From: Entomortierella parvispora E1425
Taxonomy: Eukaryota > Fungi > Mortierellomycota
Reading direction: 5' to 3'
Assembly: GCA_020891255.1 (NCBI GenBank)
Contig: BQFW01000011.1
Location: 1,798,001-1,862,000 of the forward strand
DNA length: 64,000 nt
A model generated the notes under the pieces. That model did no database searches, had not been told where the DNA came from, and worked only from the letters and a program-made list of their open reading frames with translations. Both the position numbers and the translations under genes were made by a program. Shown here in pieces: positions 48,583 to 62,663 of this stretch (the stretch's first letter is position 1; each line of letters opens with the position of its first letter).

Positions 48583-49855
48583 ATGGCTCCCATTCCTCGC
48601 TTCACATCATCACCTCTCTCCATCATCACCAGTGCTCTCTTCACTGCCTTTTCAGCTCCAGGCAGTTCCCCTCCCAGCAATGGATCTAATGCCACTGTTT
48701 GGGGCGCAGACTATACCGGAACCGCCTCGTACCTGAACGCCACTCTTCTTGTCACTCCCACTTCCCCTACTCCTTCCGCAACCTCAAGTCTCCCCACCCC
48801 TACCTCCACATCAACAGCCTCCTCCACCCCAACCTCATCACCGTCTTCGTCACCCGTCTCCTCTCCTACCATCGGCACCTCCAATTCTACTCTTGTTTAC
48901 TATAACACCAAAACCGACACTTACACCGGCTGCAACAATCAGACATTCTCACCCACCACCGACAATGTGGTGCTTATGAACCCCCTTCAATTCGGTGCCT
49001 TGTCCGCCAGCAACACAACATGTGGTCAATGGATTTCGATCCAAAACCGCGAGAACACCTTGCAGTCAGCGGTGGCCCAGGTTGTGGGTGTGTGTGATGA
49101 ATGTCCCTATGGATCGATCCAGATAGTCAACCTCGACACATTGCAAGAGTTGGCACCCAGCGTGCCTTTTGATGAGATCATGTTCGAGAGTGGCGCCAAC
49201 ACGACCTTGGCGGACATGATGGACCCGATCACGCCTCTGCTCCCCAACTCGACCGTTATCTCGCCCAACGATCTCATCAACATTGTGTGGACCCTCACAG
49301 ATGCCCCAGTTTCAACAAGCGTGTCGCCCTCATCAACAACGACAAGCACGCCTACGCCTACGAAAACCACCACGACGTCCACTGTTCCCTCTCCTACGCA
49401 ACCTGCTTCGCCCGAGTTTACCGGCCGTGGCACTTGGTACTCTGACACGAATGGCCAGTGCGGCCATTCATACTCCCAGTCTGACATGATTGTTGCCGTT
49501 AACCAAGGTAAACACAGTGATCATTTGCTGTGCAACATCTCCATGCAGCTCCTTGCACCTTTGTAACAAACAAACGCGTCTCAAAAAAAAAAAAAAGCTG
49601 TGGTCACTCATCTTTCTTTCGTCTCACCTTCACTTTTTTTTAGCTCAAATGGGCACTGGCACCAAGATCTGCGGCGAAAAGTTGGCGGTCACTGCCAAGG
49701 GATCGAGCGCAACGGTCATTGTCACGGTCGTCGACATGTGCCCAAGCCAGTACTGCAGCAAGGGCGACCTGGATCTGTCCCAGGCTGCGTTCAAGAAGCT
49801 GGCCAGCGGCGGTCTGAACGAGGGTGTCCTTGAAGTCGAGTGGAGCTTTGTATAG
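48583..49855 (+). CDS. RlpA-like double-psi beta-barrel (expansin/loosenin-like) protein with two DPBB domains and Ser/Thr/Pro linkers; exons 48583-49507, 49644-49855
   Basis: C-terminal domain FTGRGTWY...CG....SDMIVAVN...CGEKL...VTVVDMCP...CSKGDLDLSQAAFKKLA....GVLEVEW; divergent first domain GC...DNVVLMN....TCGQWISI...AQVVGVCDEC. Confidence 0.85.
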
Positions 49856-50407
49856 ACGACTTCAGGCGACCTTCTCTTTCCATTTATTCTTATCTATACC
49901 CTCTTCTCTCCTTTCCTTTCTCTATCTGTAAAACAAGACCTTCGGACACTCCCACTGCTACAACATCCCACACCACCTTCTGTTTTTTTCTTTTACATGC
50001 ATCTCCCCTCTCATTATCACATCTATTTCTAATCTTTTGCATCCTACATTCACACAAACCAAAAATAACAAAAGAAAAACCGCTCCGGGTCTTTCTCGGA
50101 GGGACCGTTGCAAACGGTCCATCTTTAGACTTGCATTTTTATCCATGCACAATGGGTATCTCTCACTGTCATCATGAATAATAATAAAAAGAACTCTCTC
50201 ACGACTCTTTACTCTTATTTTTACAAAGCTTTTGCGCATGCTTTGCTTTCCCGTTTGTTTTGTTTTGTTTGTTTGAAGGGGAGCGGAAAAAAAAAAAGAA
50301 AAAAAGTGTTGATGAAACGGGCCAGCCCGCCACCAACTTTCTCTATTTTTGAAAATGGGAAAAGAGCTTGCATGTGTTGGGGTTGCTTTTTGTTTGTATA
50401 TTTTTTT

Positions 50408-52198
50408 TTATTGCATGGTGGAAGAGCTTCGGGACCCACGATGTCCGTCCCAAAAGATCATGATCTCCTCTCCATCCCCTCTAGTAGTTGTGGATCGAGC
50501 GTCAATAGAGCTCAGGGTCGAGAGGGTGGAGTCTCGAGTGGTGGTATTCCCCATCGGACTCCCATTGAAGTGACCGCCCACGCCACCTCCACCGTGGATG
50601 GTCGTCCCTGAACCTGAAGAGGAAGGAACGAATCCATAGCCGAGAGGGGTCACGGGAGAAGGCCCTGCAGAGACTGGAGATGGCCCCGGCAACGACTTGA
50701 AAGAGTAGAATGAGGTGGAGGATGAAGATGATAGAGGGTGGACAGTCGAGGATGAAAACGTAAACATGGCTGGAGTGGGGCCGGTGGAGATCTTGGGTGG
50801 TAGGTTGGCGTTGCTGCTGTTGGGGTAATTAGATGCCGAGTTGCTCATGACGGCATTGGTGTTGTTATAGTTATTGTTGTCGTTGCTGTTCGACGTCGAG
50901 GCTAGTAAAGAGACGAGGGCCGTCGTAGGAGCGGAATGGCTTTCGACTACCGTTTCCATCCCGTTGGTAGAATATGGGGAAGAGGACGGAGGATTTTGCA
51001 AAGAGTTGGGAAGTGAAGGAGATTTGGTGGTTGCAGTCAGAGGGTATCCATGATCTGGGGTGCAACCAGGTTTGGGAATTGAATTGGAAGGTGCGTGTGA
51101 GGATGGGTGCTGGTAATAGTAGCCTATTGGGGTAGATCCTGAAGACGAGGACATGGACTGGAAAGGCCGTGATTCTAGGACCATACTCGGGACACTAGGG
51201 CCTGATCTCCTGCTGGCGCCCAGAGACATAGACTCTGTCGACTGTGCAGATGATCGGACCGAAGGACCCGTTACGATGACAGCGGGAGTGTACATGTACA
51301 CTGTTTCCCTTTCGGTATCACTGTCGCTGTAATAATTGCTGTTATTGCTGTCCCTGTTGTTCATAATGTAGCCAGTATTCATTTCCTTGTCCTGTCCATC
51401 CAGAAAAGATCCCAACGTGGACAGATCCTGCACAAACTCATCATGATCAATTGTCAACTCGAGTCTCCTGCTCATATCTTCCGAGGTCGTTGTTGGAGAG
51501 ATGGAAGCCATCCCGGCCGACATTGAACGCGACAATGCTTCCCCATCGCCGCTGCCGCCAATGGAATTGTTTTTGTTTCTGCCTCTGAGCCTGTTCTTGG
51601 TCAATTGGGAGAGTGTCCGTTTGATCGAGTTGGATGAATGGAGACTGTTGGAACGTTGGATCAGGGAGGCGTGGCTCTTCATGCTCTCCACTCGCATGAC
51701 CTGAGGACTCGCGTTCGTTCGTGTGATGCCCATGACCACAGCTTCGTTCAAAACACCTGTCGAAAGCGAACTAGAGTTGGACGCGACCGAAGAATGTTTG
51801 CTTTGATCTTGATCCATGAACGGGGCATGGGGTCGCCGCTCTTGATGGCGTGGTTGCTGAGCTGCTGTGGCTGATGTGGCTGCGAGGACGGGCAATTGGA
51901 TCAGATGGTTGTCATCGCTGAGGATGCTGGGGATGTAACCGATCTGAATAATATTGTCCTTGTCGCTATCGACCGTTCTTCTGGCTTCTATGCATGGCGA
52001 CTAGGGGAAGGGGAGGAGGTTTTTTTTGTTCATGCAGCAAGGCGTAACAGATGGTTAGAAAGTGAGCCAAGAAACACAGAAAGTAAGAAAAAAGATACAA
52101 AAAGGGTCTGCTCTCCTTGCATAGTGTTTCGAAACCACTGCATTAATTGCCGAGTTTCTGAAGTGGGATCCCGCAAAAGAGTACAGAGAGAGAGAGAG

Positions 52199-52235
<37 letters not shown>

Positions 52236-53339
52236 GAAGCGAGGTCGGGGCACTCGATGGATGGAAGAAGGATAGCAGGGGAAATGTATGACATGTAGGC
52301 AGCAATTGATAAATTGGTGATCACATATGAAGTTCGCGTGCCAACATGACAAAAAAATACAAATGTTTTTTTTTTTCCTTTCCTTTCCTTTTCAAGGAGA
52401 AGACGGGCGACTTTAGCACCCATCCAAGTCCATATTGAAAAGAGAGGAGAACACGGAGGGGGGTGGGGGGGAAAAGAGGAAGGGAAAAGACGAAATGAAG
52501 GGACGATATTCACCCTTGGACAGGGTCCCATGAGCGCAAAAAAGACAGTGGAAAATAATTCAGGGCAATTTATCAATGTGTGATAATTGCATTAAAGTCG
52601 AGTGCATCGCACGGGAGAGCTGTCCTATGTTTTTTAAGGACCCCACCATCCAGGCAACAAAGCCCCAATCGAGCGCGCTCGGGCACTTGGGCAAAGTCTG
52701 CTGGGGGGGAATCAAGGGGCTTTTCAAGAGAGAGCAATAGAATAGGAAAAGTGGAGAGCATTTTACCCCGTGCCAGTCCTGGTGGGTGCCATGGTGCGAA
52801 TGTGCATGGTCACTCTGGCCGAAGAAGGTATCATCATCCAGAAGTGCCTTTTCTTGCTGCTGTCGTTGTCTGGTCCTCTTCCAAACCAGCAGCAGACCGA
52901 TGATCACGAACATCAGACCTACAACGCCGCCGATGACGGGGCCAAGAAGGCTGTTCGTCGAACTGACGCCGTTGCTGTCATGATTTGTGCTACCGTTGGG
53001 TCCAAGAGTCGTAGAATTGGCCGATCCAGTACCAGTATTAAAGCCGACCTTGACACAGGTCGCAACCGGACATTGGCAGCTGGAGCTAACAACACTCAGT
53101 CGACAGACAAGATCAGGTTTACAAGGTGTTGGACATGTCGGTGGCGGACAATCGGTGACAGGAGTGCATGTAGGTGTTGTAGTGGATGTTGTTGTCGTTG
53201 AGGAGGGAGTGGTGGGACTGGAGGATAACGAGTCTGGATCTGGAGGGGGGGTTGAAGATATTGATGGTGCAGAAAAAAAAGTGGCGCTAACAACGACTGG
53301 CTGTCGAAAAGGGAAAGAGTGACCCGCGTCGGAGGACAT
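50408..53339 (-). CDS. OPY2: Opy2-like single-pass membrane signalling anchor; exons 53339-52767, 52000-50408
   Basis: Eight-Cys ectodomain CTPVTDCPPPTCPTPCKPDLVCRL...SSCQCPVATC, TM GPVIGGVVGLMFVIIGLLLVW followed by KR, and conserved cytoplasmic NIIQIGYIP; phase-0 intron. Confidence 0.75.
52186..52231. repeat. (GA)n microsatellite within the OPY2 intron
   Basis: Long agagagag run interrupted once by aaaa. Confidence 0.85.
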
Positions 53340-53869
53340 GACGAGGACTTTCTTCGGGACAGAGGATGGGACAGGGCAGGGAGACGAAGAGGAGTAGATG
53401 AGGAAAAGTGGAGACCAGTGTGTTTCGTGAGAGTGAACGAGATCGTAACCCTGCTCGCGAGCTCAAAGTTCTTTGTATGGATGGAGCGGTGGTGGAGGAG
53501 GTGGGAAGAAAAACGACAGTATGAGAGAGAGTGAGTGGACAGAGGAGAAAGAAGGACAAAACTCAAGGTAAAAAGAAAGGGCAACAGATCCGGAAAGGAG
53601 AAGTGACATGGCCCTTTTGGGTGGACCACAGACCTTGGGGTCCACAGCCATCGTATGGTCTGCACCGCAATGATGATTGAATGAGAAAAGAACGGGAGTG
53701 CAAAGAGGCAACAGACACACCGTTGGGTGTGTGTTTGGGGTGCAAGGTGGCAGTTAGTTTGTGTAGCTGCAGGCAGGCAGAGAGGACAGACAAGACAAAT
53801 AGGCGCAGGAAAAGGAGAGGGAGAGCCAGGACCCTTTCTTTCTCTGTCTTGTCTGGTCTTGTCTGCAGC

Positions 53870-53871
<2 letters not shown>

Positions 53872-53901
<30 letters not shown>
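53872..53901. repeat. (TCTG)n tetranucleotide microsatellite
   Basis: tgtctgtctgtc... run in the OPY2/DIP2 divergent intergenic region. Confidence 0.8.
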
Positions 53902-53902
<1 letters not shown>

Positions 53903-54365
53903 GTGTCTCTCTGTGTGTCTGTCCTAACGGAAGGCACGCACGGTCGGATATAAATAAGTCGCTGGGGATGAAGGACGATGCGACGCACGGCCAAAGGAAG
54001 GAAAGAGAGAAGGAAGGAAGGAAGGAAGGGAAGAGGAAACAAGTCGGCGTTTCTCTCTTTTTTTTCTCTTTTCGTGTCTCTTCGTGTTTGTGGTCCGTTT
54101 TCTCTCTCTTCTCGTTCCTCCTCTCACACCTCTCTCTCTCTCACACCTCTCTCTCACACCTCTCTCTCACACCTCACAGCCGCTCATTTCACACTTTGTC
54201 TTTGTTTCCCTTCCCCCAATCCGCCTTGACTTTGACTGACTTGCCCCTTCCTCTCTTCCTTCCTTCCTTTTCCTCATCCCCAACCCCCTTCTTTGTTCAA
54301 TCGCACCCTTCCTCAACGTTCCTCTGCAATCGATCCCTCCCTGTCCGAGGACTCCTTCCTCCCCC

Positions 54366-57300
54366 ATGGCATCCCTCTCCATCAATACCACCCCGCGCAA
54401 CCATGTCCGGTCCACGTCCGGAGAGATGCTTAGCATGCCTTCCAGCAACAGCAACCATCTCCACCACCACTACCAGATCCCGCGCGGGTCCACTAGCATG
54501 AACAACCTCAGAGACCACTCTCATGTCCCTCATCCAGCCCATCCCCTTCCACATCCACATTCACACCCACATCCGCATGCACATCCGCGCCCCGGTCTCG
54601 GTGGCTCCGCTCCAGGCGTGCCTGGCGGCCCTGTTCGACCAAGTAAGGACGACATGCATGTTATTTGTGGAATTCGTTTTTTTGGCGTCTTTTTTTTTAT
54701 TTGCTCCCATGGATGCCATGGCATCCAATGCATAGAGTGCATTTCTGCTCTGTTATTAATAGCCTTTTTGCATCGCGCCCGCCTTTATTGCATTCATTCA
54801 TTCATAGTGATGGACCGGTATGGACCACCGCCACCACCCCAAGCACCGGTGCAGCATGGTCCCTCGTACGACGACCTGTATCGACGGGCTCGACCCAAGA
54901 ACTTCCAGGCAGGTCCTATACCTCCACCAGGTACAGCAAACAGAACACAAGCTTACAGCATCCACTTTCACAAAAGGACAGCAGTGCAACAACAAAAGGA
55001 CCAACATGGAGTGGCATGATATCACCCAAACACAAACACACGCACACGCACGCACGCATAACACACACGTAAATGGACGTACAATAAGATCGTGTCCAGA
55101 ATGGGCGTCGAGGGAGGCGAGTCAATTGGGCGTGTACACAACAAAAAAAACAACCTTTGGACGGGAAAGAAAGTGCGCTGTTATCTCAGTGGAGGCTGTC
55201 CACCTCGGCGCCATTATGCGCGCGCTGCAAGGGAAGAAGCACAGAAGCAATGAAGGAAGGGAGCACACGTACAACAGAACCACCAGGAAATATCCTAACG
55301 CCCCCCCCCCCCCCTCCCCCGCGAGACACCACCCCCCAGCGGACGTTCCTCTCGAGCATGCAATCAAATCAAACTGCTGTATCGCGAGGGGGACAATGAT
55401 GGCTTATCTTATTTTTGTTGTTATGCCCCTCACGCACCCAATCCATCTTTCCAGTTGATTACAGGCTTATGAACTAACGCTTGATTATTTCCCCCAATTG
55501 TACCAATGGTTTCGTACATTATTAATCTCGAGTAGTTGCCAACGACATGCCTTGGCGACCCCAGAACAACCTGCCCAACATCGAACGGCCAGAGATCAAT
55601 GTCGAGGAGATGGCCGGCAAGCAGATGTTGCCTCTTGAACCTCGGTCAATCCTGGAGCAGGCTGTCGATGACGCGACCATGACTCCGATGAGCCGCTTCC
55701 TGAACATGATGGAGGTCCTGCGCTTCCGTGGTCTGTACATGTCCAACGCAAAGGCTTTCTCCGTAGTCGACATCAAAGGTCGAGAAACCGCGTCTTGGAC
55801 TTGGGAGAAACTTCATGGAAGGGCGGAAAAGATCAGCCAGACAATTTTGGAAAAGACTCAATTGCGTCGAGGCTCTCGCGTGGCATTGGTCTATCGAAAG
55901 TCCGAGATCATGGATTTTTTGGCAGCCTTCTATGGATGCATGATGGCGGGCATGACTGCAGTTCCAATTAACGTCATTGAGGAGTTTGCAGAAATGACCT
56001 ATATCCTCAATTACACAAAAGCAGAGCTGGCGCTGACGACAGAGTATAACCACAAGGCCCTCAGCAAGGACCTGGCTATGCACAAAGGCGTAGATTGGCC
56101 TCTGGGCGTCACCTGGTGGAAGACAGACACACTGGGAAGCTGGAACCCCAAAAAGAAGGACGGCTGGCCTGACATTGAGCTGCCTGATCTGGCCTACATC
56201 GAGTACAGCAAATCCCCCAATGGTGAACTCAAGGGTGTCGCTGTCAGTCACCGCACTATGCTCTCGCAATGTCATGCCATCAAGCAATCTCTTGGATCCA
56301 ACCCAAACAGAGCTTGTGCGGTACCCAGCTCACCCTCGCCACTTACGCCCAGAACCAACTCCTCATCAGGAGACCCAAAGACACCCTCGACTCCAACCTC
56401 TGCTGGTCCCTCACGGCGGTCCAGCACAACACTTTTGGAGGGCAAGAAGACCGATGTCGTTTTGAGCTGGCTTGAACCACGTCAACAGGTCGGCTTGGTC
56501 CTGGGTGGACTCCTCGGTGTGTATCGCGGAAGTCACACCATCTTTGTACACAGTGGAGTTACAGACACACCCGGTCTCTGGGCTCATTGTGCACAGCGTT
56601 ACAGAGTCAACTTGGCCCTGGGTGACTATGAGGGTGTCCGTGAGCTTCTGAGATTTAGACCAACGGATGGATTGAAACGCGAAGTACAGAGCCTGAGCTG
56701 TCTCGAGACGTTCTTGATTGATGCGGTCATGGTCAAACCAATGTTGGACCTCCAGTTTGCAAACGAATTCCTTGGAGACCTTGGCGTTCCATTGCCTGAA
56801 CAAGTTGTGGTACCCATGTCCAGTTTACCTGAGCATGGAGGCATGATCCTGAGCATGCGTGACAGTTTGGTCTTTCCACGAGGAGCCGACGTGATTGATT
56901 TCGGATTTGAATATGACTTGCCAAGAGGCCCTGTACCAGAACCGGGATCAAAGCGTCGACCCCAAGGATACTCACCAGCATCAAACACCATTTGTCATTA
57001 TCTCCTCGATCGTGGTGCGCTCAAGGCCAATATGATTCAAGTACTTGCAACCGGAGAGGAGGCGCTCTCACGAGCCTCTGAGAGAGGCGTGGTCTTGGTC
57101 GGTGCTTTTGGCTACGCTATGCCACGAGGTAACTTGCTCTTTTCCTTTTTTCTTTTCTTTTTCAGATGAACAACAACGGAAACGTCACCGTTATATAAGC
57201 TTCTAACTCTTTATTCGCTTAATGGTTGTAGCTACGCTTGCCATCGTCGATCCTGAAACCACGGCGCTGTGTCAGCCAAATCGTGTCGGAGAGCTTTGGA

Positions 57301-60300
57301 TTGACTCTCCTTCAATTGCATTTGGATTCTGGGAATTGCCTAAACATTCTCAATCAATCTTCCATGCGCTTCCATTGATTGTGCCCGTCGATACCATGAT
57401 ACCCGAAGTTTATGATCCAGTCCCAGCAGGATTTTTGAGAACGGGTCTGCTGGGAGGATTGATCGAAGGTCGCGTTGTAGTGTTTGGCTTGTACGAGGAT
57501 CGCATTCAACAGGAGATTGTCGACTTGGTCCATCCAGAGATCGTCGAGTTTGACTACCACTACACTGCCGATCTTTCCAACACTATCCTCGATCGGATTG
57601 TCGGATTTACTGCCTGGTAAGCGCTTTCTTGTGATATGAAGGAATGCAGAGCCAGAGTTTTGTTGATCACCGAAGGCTCCAAGTATCTAATCACAATCCA
57701 CTCTATCTTTTCCCCAGCATCTCTTTTGAAAGCTTCATCAACAATGAGCATTTGCCAGTGATTTGTGCAGAGACGCCAAGAAGTCAAAGGGTGGATCTTG
57801 TAAAACTAGCCGACTTCGCCAAGCAGGCCATGCTGGATTACCACGGATTGAGACTTTACTGCATTGCAATTGCACCTACAGGCAGTTTACCAAGGGCGTT
57901 CAAGAATGGAAAGAGAGTTTTGCACCCTGTTCTTTGCCGCAAGATGTTTGAGTTGGGTCGATTGCGATTGATGCATATTCATACCTCCGTGGATGACACT
58001 GTTTTCAACATCTCTTTTGGAGACGATACCTCCGGTGGTATTTGGGGAGTTGGTAAGAGACTGTTTTTTAACGTAGTTCTGATGGACCAAGGCAAAACTT
58101 CATTACTTCATTTTTTACTGATCATGTACCTTTGATTCTATTATCTGTTACAGAGGCACTGGCTGTGCGCGAGGCAGCTCTTCCACCTCATGCACGCATG
58201 GTTCAGTTTTCTTGCTGTGATTACCCCAAAGAGGTTCTGGATGAGAAGACCAAGATCAACCTGTCGCAGTTCAACAGTTTGGCAGAGGTCCTTGTCTGGC
58301 GAACGGTGGTGAACCAAGAGGAGATTGCCTTTGTCGGCGTTGACAGTCGAGGCAAGGACATGAAGGGACTCACATTCCGCAAGTTTGGTCTGAAGGTTGT
58401 TGCCATCGCCAACTACATCGAGAAGCGCGCAGGGTTTAGGACAGGAGACAAGGTCGTGCTGCTCTTCCCCAACTGTGTCGAGTTTGCGGCGACTGTCTAT
58501 GCTTGTTGGTTGCTGGGTCTTGTCCCCATTCCAGTTCAGTTGCCGGAGGCATCTCGTCTGCATGAAGACGTGACGCTACTCATGGGCCTGTTGAATGAGC
58601 TCAAGGTCTCCCAGATTATTGGAAACACGGCCGCCGAAGAGCTTATGAAACAAAAGACGACTCTGATGCATGTAAAAGCCTGCCTTGGACCCCGACATGA
58701 TGAGGCGATCCCCGCAGTCTTTAACGTATCCAAGGCACCCAAGATGAACAGGAACCTGGGCAAGGACTCGGGCTATATTGCGCCACCCAGTATTGCACTC
58801 GCAAAGAATGCACCCGCGATGGTCTTTGTGCACTATTCGACGGATATGAGACGAACGCTTGTAAAGGTCAGCCATTCTGCGCTCATGGCTCAATGTAGGG
58901 CGCAAAAAGTACAATGCCGTTTCAAGACTGGTCGACCCATCCTGTCCGCATGGAAGAACTTTGCAGGTATCGGATTGCTCTACTCTTGCGCCCTTGGAGT
59001 CTACGTGGGCGGACCTACCGTGATGATCCAATATTCCGACTTTTCGACCAGTCCACACATTTTCTTTGAGGCTCTCGAACGGCATGGCAGTAAGTGGACA
59101 ATAGGATGGATATTTATTGATATATGAATGAGAGACAGGAGGCATGGACCAAAAGAAACTAACTCTGCGGCAACATCTACCTCTCTTCACGATAGTTCGG
59201 GATGCCTTGCTCAACTACGCGATGCTGGAGCAGGCCACTAATGCTCCAGAACCGGTCTCACCCGCCACGTTCAACTTTACAGGCGTGAAGAACTTTTTGC
59301 TCAATACAGAGGGACGGCCACGGACAGAGGTCAACCAGGCGATCGAGCGCCGGTTTGCTCAATCGCGGTTGGAAAAGACTGTGATCAACACAATGTTTGG
59401 ACATATGATCAACCCCATGGTGACGACACGTTCTTATATGAATATCGAGCCAGTGCGGTTACACATCTCATTGAAGAGTTTGCGTCGCGGCACCGTGCAA
59501 ATCACAACGGAACAAGAGGACCCCACTGGAATCTGGGTCGAAGACTGTGGCATCGTAAGTTAATTGCTCTAAAGGATTTATGGGAGGTTTCTTTGGTGGT
59601 ACAAGGTCATCTAACATTTTTGCCCCTTCCTTCGGGTCTGTGTTTCTTCTCATAGCCGATCTGTGGTACAACAGTGGCGATCGTCAATCCCGAAACACGA
59701 GAGATTTGTCTCTCGCGCGAAATTGGAGAGATATGGGTTTCATCCGAAGCGAACGTGCAATCCTACCAGGGAGCGGCCCGCGAACACGGTGGTCGGTCGC
59801 TCTCGAACGCTTCTCCCTTGAGTGTCGAGGCCTCCAATCTCCCCAACGGTGCTGAAAAGTCGACGACAGAGCCGGTCTCGCCCTCGGACTTTAACAGTCG
59901 GTACAATGTGACGATTGCTGGAGGAGATGCCAGGATCAACTATGTACGGACAGGCGAGATTGGATTCCTGTGGAACTACTCTAAAGATACATTCAACGGA
60001 GGCAAGCCTACCAGTTTGCTGTTTGTGCTTGGATCCATTGGTGAGACTTTTGAGGTGAATGGTCTGATGCACTTCCCCAAGGATATCGAGACCACTGTCG
60101 AGAGGGCGCACCCCAATGTCGCCCCCAACGGAAGGTAGGGATAAATGAAAAGCTGTGTCTATTTGTCCTGCAAGGGGAAAAAAATCGAAGGAAGAGACGT
60201 GTTGACCTGATACAAATCTATTCGCTCCTCTCTTCATAGCATTGTATTCCAAGCGGATCAAGCTGTTGTGGTAGTAGTACAGGTTCGCCAACCCGACTTC

Positions 60301-61528
60301 ACTGTCGTGAACTTGACTCTTTCGGTGATGCATCAGGTTTTGGAGAAACACCAGTTCATGCCCGATGTCATTGCCGTGGTGAGTGAAGGTGTGTTAACCA
60401 AGAACCGCTTTGGAGAAAAACAGCGTGGCAAGATGCTCAGTCTCTTCATGAGCGCTAAAATGTAAGTGCATGATCGTCTTTTTTTATATGGTGGAGCACA
60501 CCAAGTGGAAGAGTCTGCTTTTTGTAATTTCAGAGATTAATTATTGTTTTCTTTATCATAGGCCATTGCTCTACATTCACTACCCACGAGGCAAGTTGCC
60601 ACAGTCGGTTCCCGAGCAAATGCAGCCCAGTGGACCTATGACGCCGGTGATGGGCCGATTGGGTACGAATGGATCTGGACATGGAATGTCTCAGGGCTCA
60701 GGAACGAGCAGCAACATCTCCCAGGGCGACAAGCCGAGCTCGATCCGTTCCAACCGGTCCACTACCTCGATGGCTTCGATGCGTTCTGTCAAGTCATTCA
60801 TTGGCACCATGTTCAACAACCTTAAAGGAGGTCCAGGAGGGGTCGGTCCTGGAGCTGGCTTTTCCCATTCCTCCCCAGGAAAGCATGGAAACGGAGGAAC
60901 TTACCCTACGGGATACAGTCATCATGCCCATGGCAGTACCAGCAGTATCGGAGGTACTTACCCTGGAAACTCCAGACCTGGATCTGGATCCTCTGTTGGA
61001 CTGGCGACGTCCTCTTTGGCAGGACCCTCAGTCTCCAACTTGTCTTATACCTCAGTCTCGCTGAATGGCTCCAACGTGTCTGCAGAGTACAATGCAACGA
61101 GTAGCGGTAGCAACAACAACAACAACAGCAATAGCAACCGGACGGCAAGTGTGAGCGCGAGCGCAGATTCTTCATCGCCTAGTTCAGCCACCACGTTGAC
61201 AACAGGACAATTGTCTGGGAACAGCAGTGGATCGACATTGATGCCTTCTGCCGTCCCGCTGGTGTCGAGCCCAACGGCATCTTCAAGATCGAGCCCTGTT
61301 CTCGACCGCGCAAGTGCCACATCTACATCGACGGCATCGAACCAGGACCAGCCCCCGGCCAAGTTTGTGATTCGAGCCCCTGGCACCCCTGGAGCATCGT
61401 CGCCAACGTCCGCAGTTGTATCTGGGGGTATAGTATCTCAGGGCTCCAATGGATCAGGAGCAGCACCCGTCGTGGTGGTCAACGTGGACAATGTGCCGTT
61501 CTCCGAGACGATGGACGGGTTCCCGTAA
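54366..61528 (+). CDS. DIP2: DIP2/CPS1 (yeast Cmr2-type) protein with two tandem FAAL-like AMP-binding domains; exons 54366-54642, 54808-54930, 55536-57128, 57232-57616, 57718-58052, 58154-59089, 59196-59554, 59656-60134, 60240-60461, 60562-61528
   Basis: Domain 1: AFSVVDIKGRETASWTWEKLHGRAEKI, AFYGCMMAGMTAVPI, LAYIEYSKSPNGELKGVAVSH, RVGELWIDSPS, FLRTGLLG. Domain 2: GLTFRKF, GLVPIP, NPMVTTRSYMNIEP, EIGEIWVSS, YVRTGEIGFL, GLMHFPKDIETTVERAHP. All introns are GT-AG and in phase. Confidence 0.92.
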
Positions 61529-62663
61529 AGAAGTAAAGAAGACGCGTATGCAAGAAGCAAACAGACAAGACAGACAGACAGACCAATCAGTTTGGACAAT
61601 AAAGGCCCCAAAAAAAAAAAAAAAAAAAAAAAAAAGGGAAAAAGAAGGATGGCTTGCATTTAGACAGTGTTTGCAATAAGAGGGGGCACGCACGCACAGG
61701 GCGGGACAAGAAAGGACTTTTCTGCCTCGGCCCCTTTTCTCCTTTTTCACGTCGCATGCTCTTTTTCTTTTCATTTTCTTCTCCTCTTTCCTCCCTCTCT
61801 TTTTCATTCTCGCCTGTTCCATTTGTTCCATTCGTCTCGCCATTGCGCTTTGCTCCTTGCCGCCATTTCCTCCGCTTGGCGTAGCTCATCGAAAGACGAA
61901 ATAGAAGCAAGAAAAAGACAGATAGAACCCTCCCTCCCTCCAGCATCCAGCACACCTCCCACACCGCAGGTACAGACAGAACCTAGTCGCCCAAACCCTG
62001 CCCTTGTCCTTCTTTCTTTCTTCCGCATGGTTGCCCTTCCCCCTCACCCCACCGTCTCTTCCCCTTTCCTTGCTCCATGGAGTGACCGAGTGGAGTGGGT
62101 GAAGGAAGGAAGGAAGGGTGGCTGCGTGAATGCATGCATGCATGAATGAATGACTGACTGTGGGAAGACAGCCATTGCAAGTGGCGCGAGTGGGAAGGGT
62201 TCAGTCGACGATTGCGCGTTCTGGGACAGAACCCTTTGAGCGCGGCACTTGCGCCTTGCCTGCATTGCATGGCATGGCGTGGCCTTGCCTTGCCCGTGAA
62301 GATACACGGCAGGGAAGGGAAGGGAAGGGAAAAGCGCGGTGCATTTGTCCCCTTTTGTTCATATCACTCTTGTCGACCTTTGCCTTCCTTCCTCCCTTGC
62401 TTTCCCATCCTGCCCATCCTGCCCATCCTGCCCATCCTTCCTTCGTTCCCTTCCCTGGTCTCGTCCCCTGCCCTTGCCTTCATTCCTGACTTTGTTGTCC
62501 ATCCGTCTGTCTATCTGTCTATCCGTCTGTCTGTCTGTCTGTGATCGACCATCATCCTCACTCTATACACATCAACTTCCTCTTTCTTCTTCTTCTCTCT
62601 CTCTCTTCCTCTTTCTCTTGCCTTTCTCTATCTCCTTCAAAGGAGAATAGCCATCGTCTCAAC

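Noticed and set aside
61529-62663. Numerous overlapping 70-160 aa ORFs
   Set aside because: Artefacts of microsatellites (TCTG, GAAG, CCCATCCTG x3) and poly(A) in an intergenic region.
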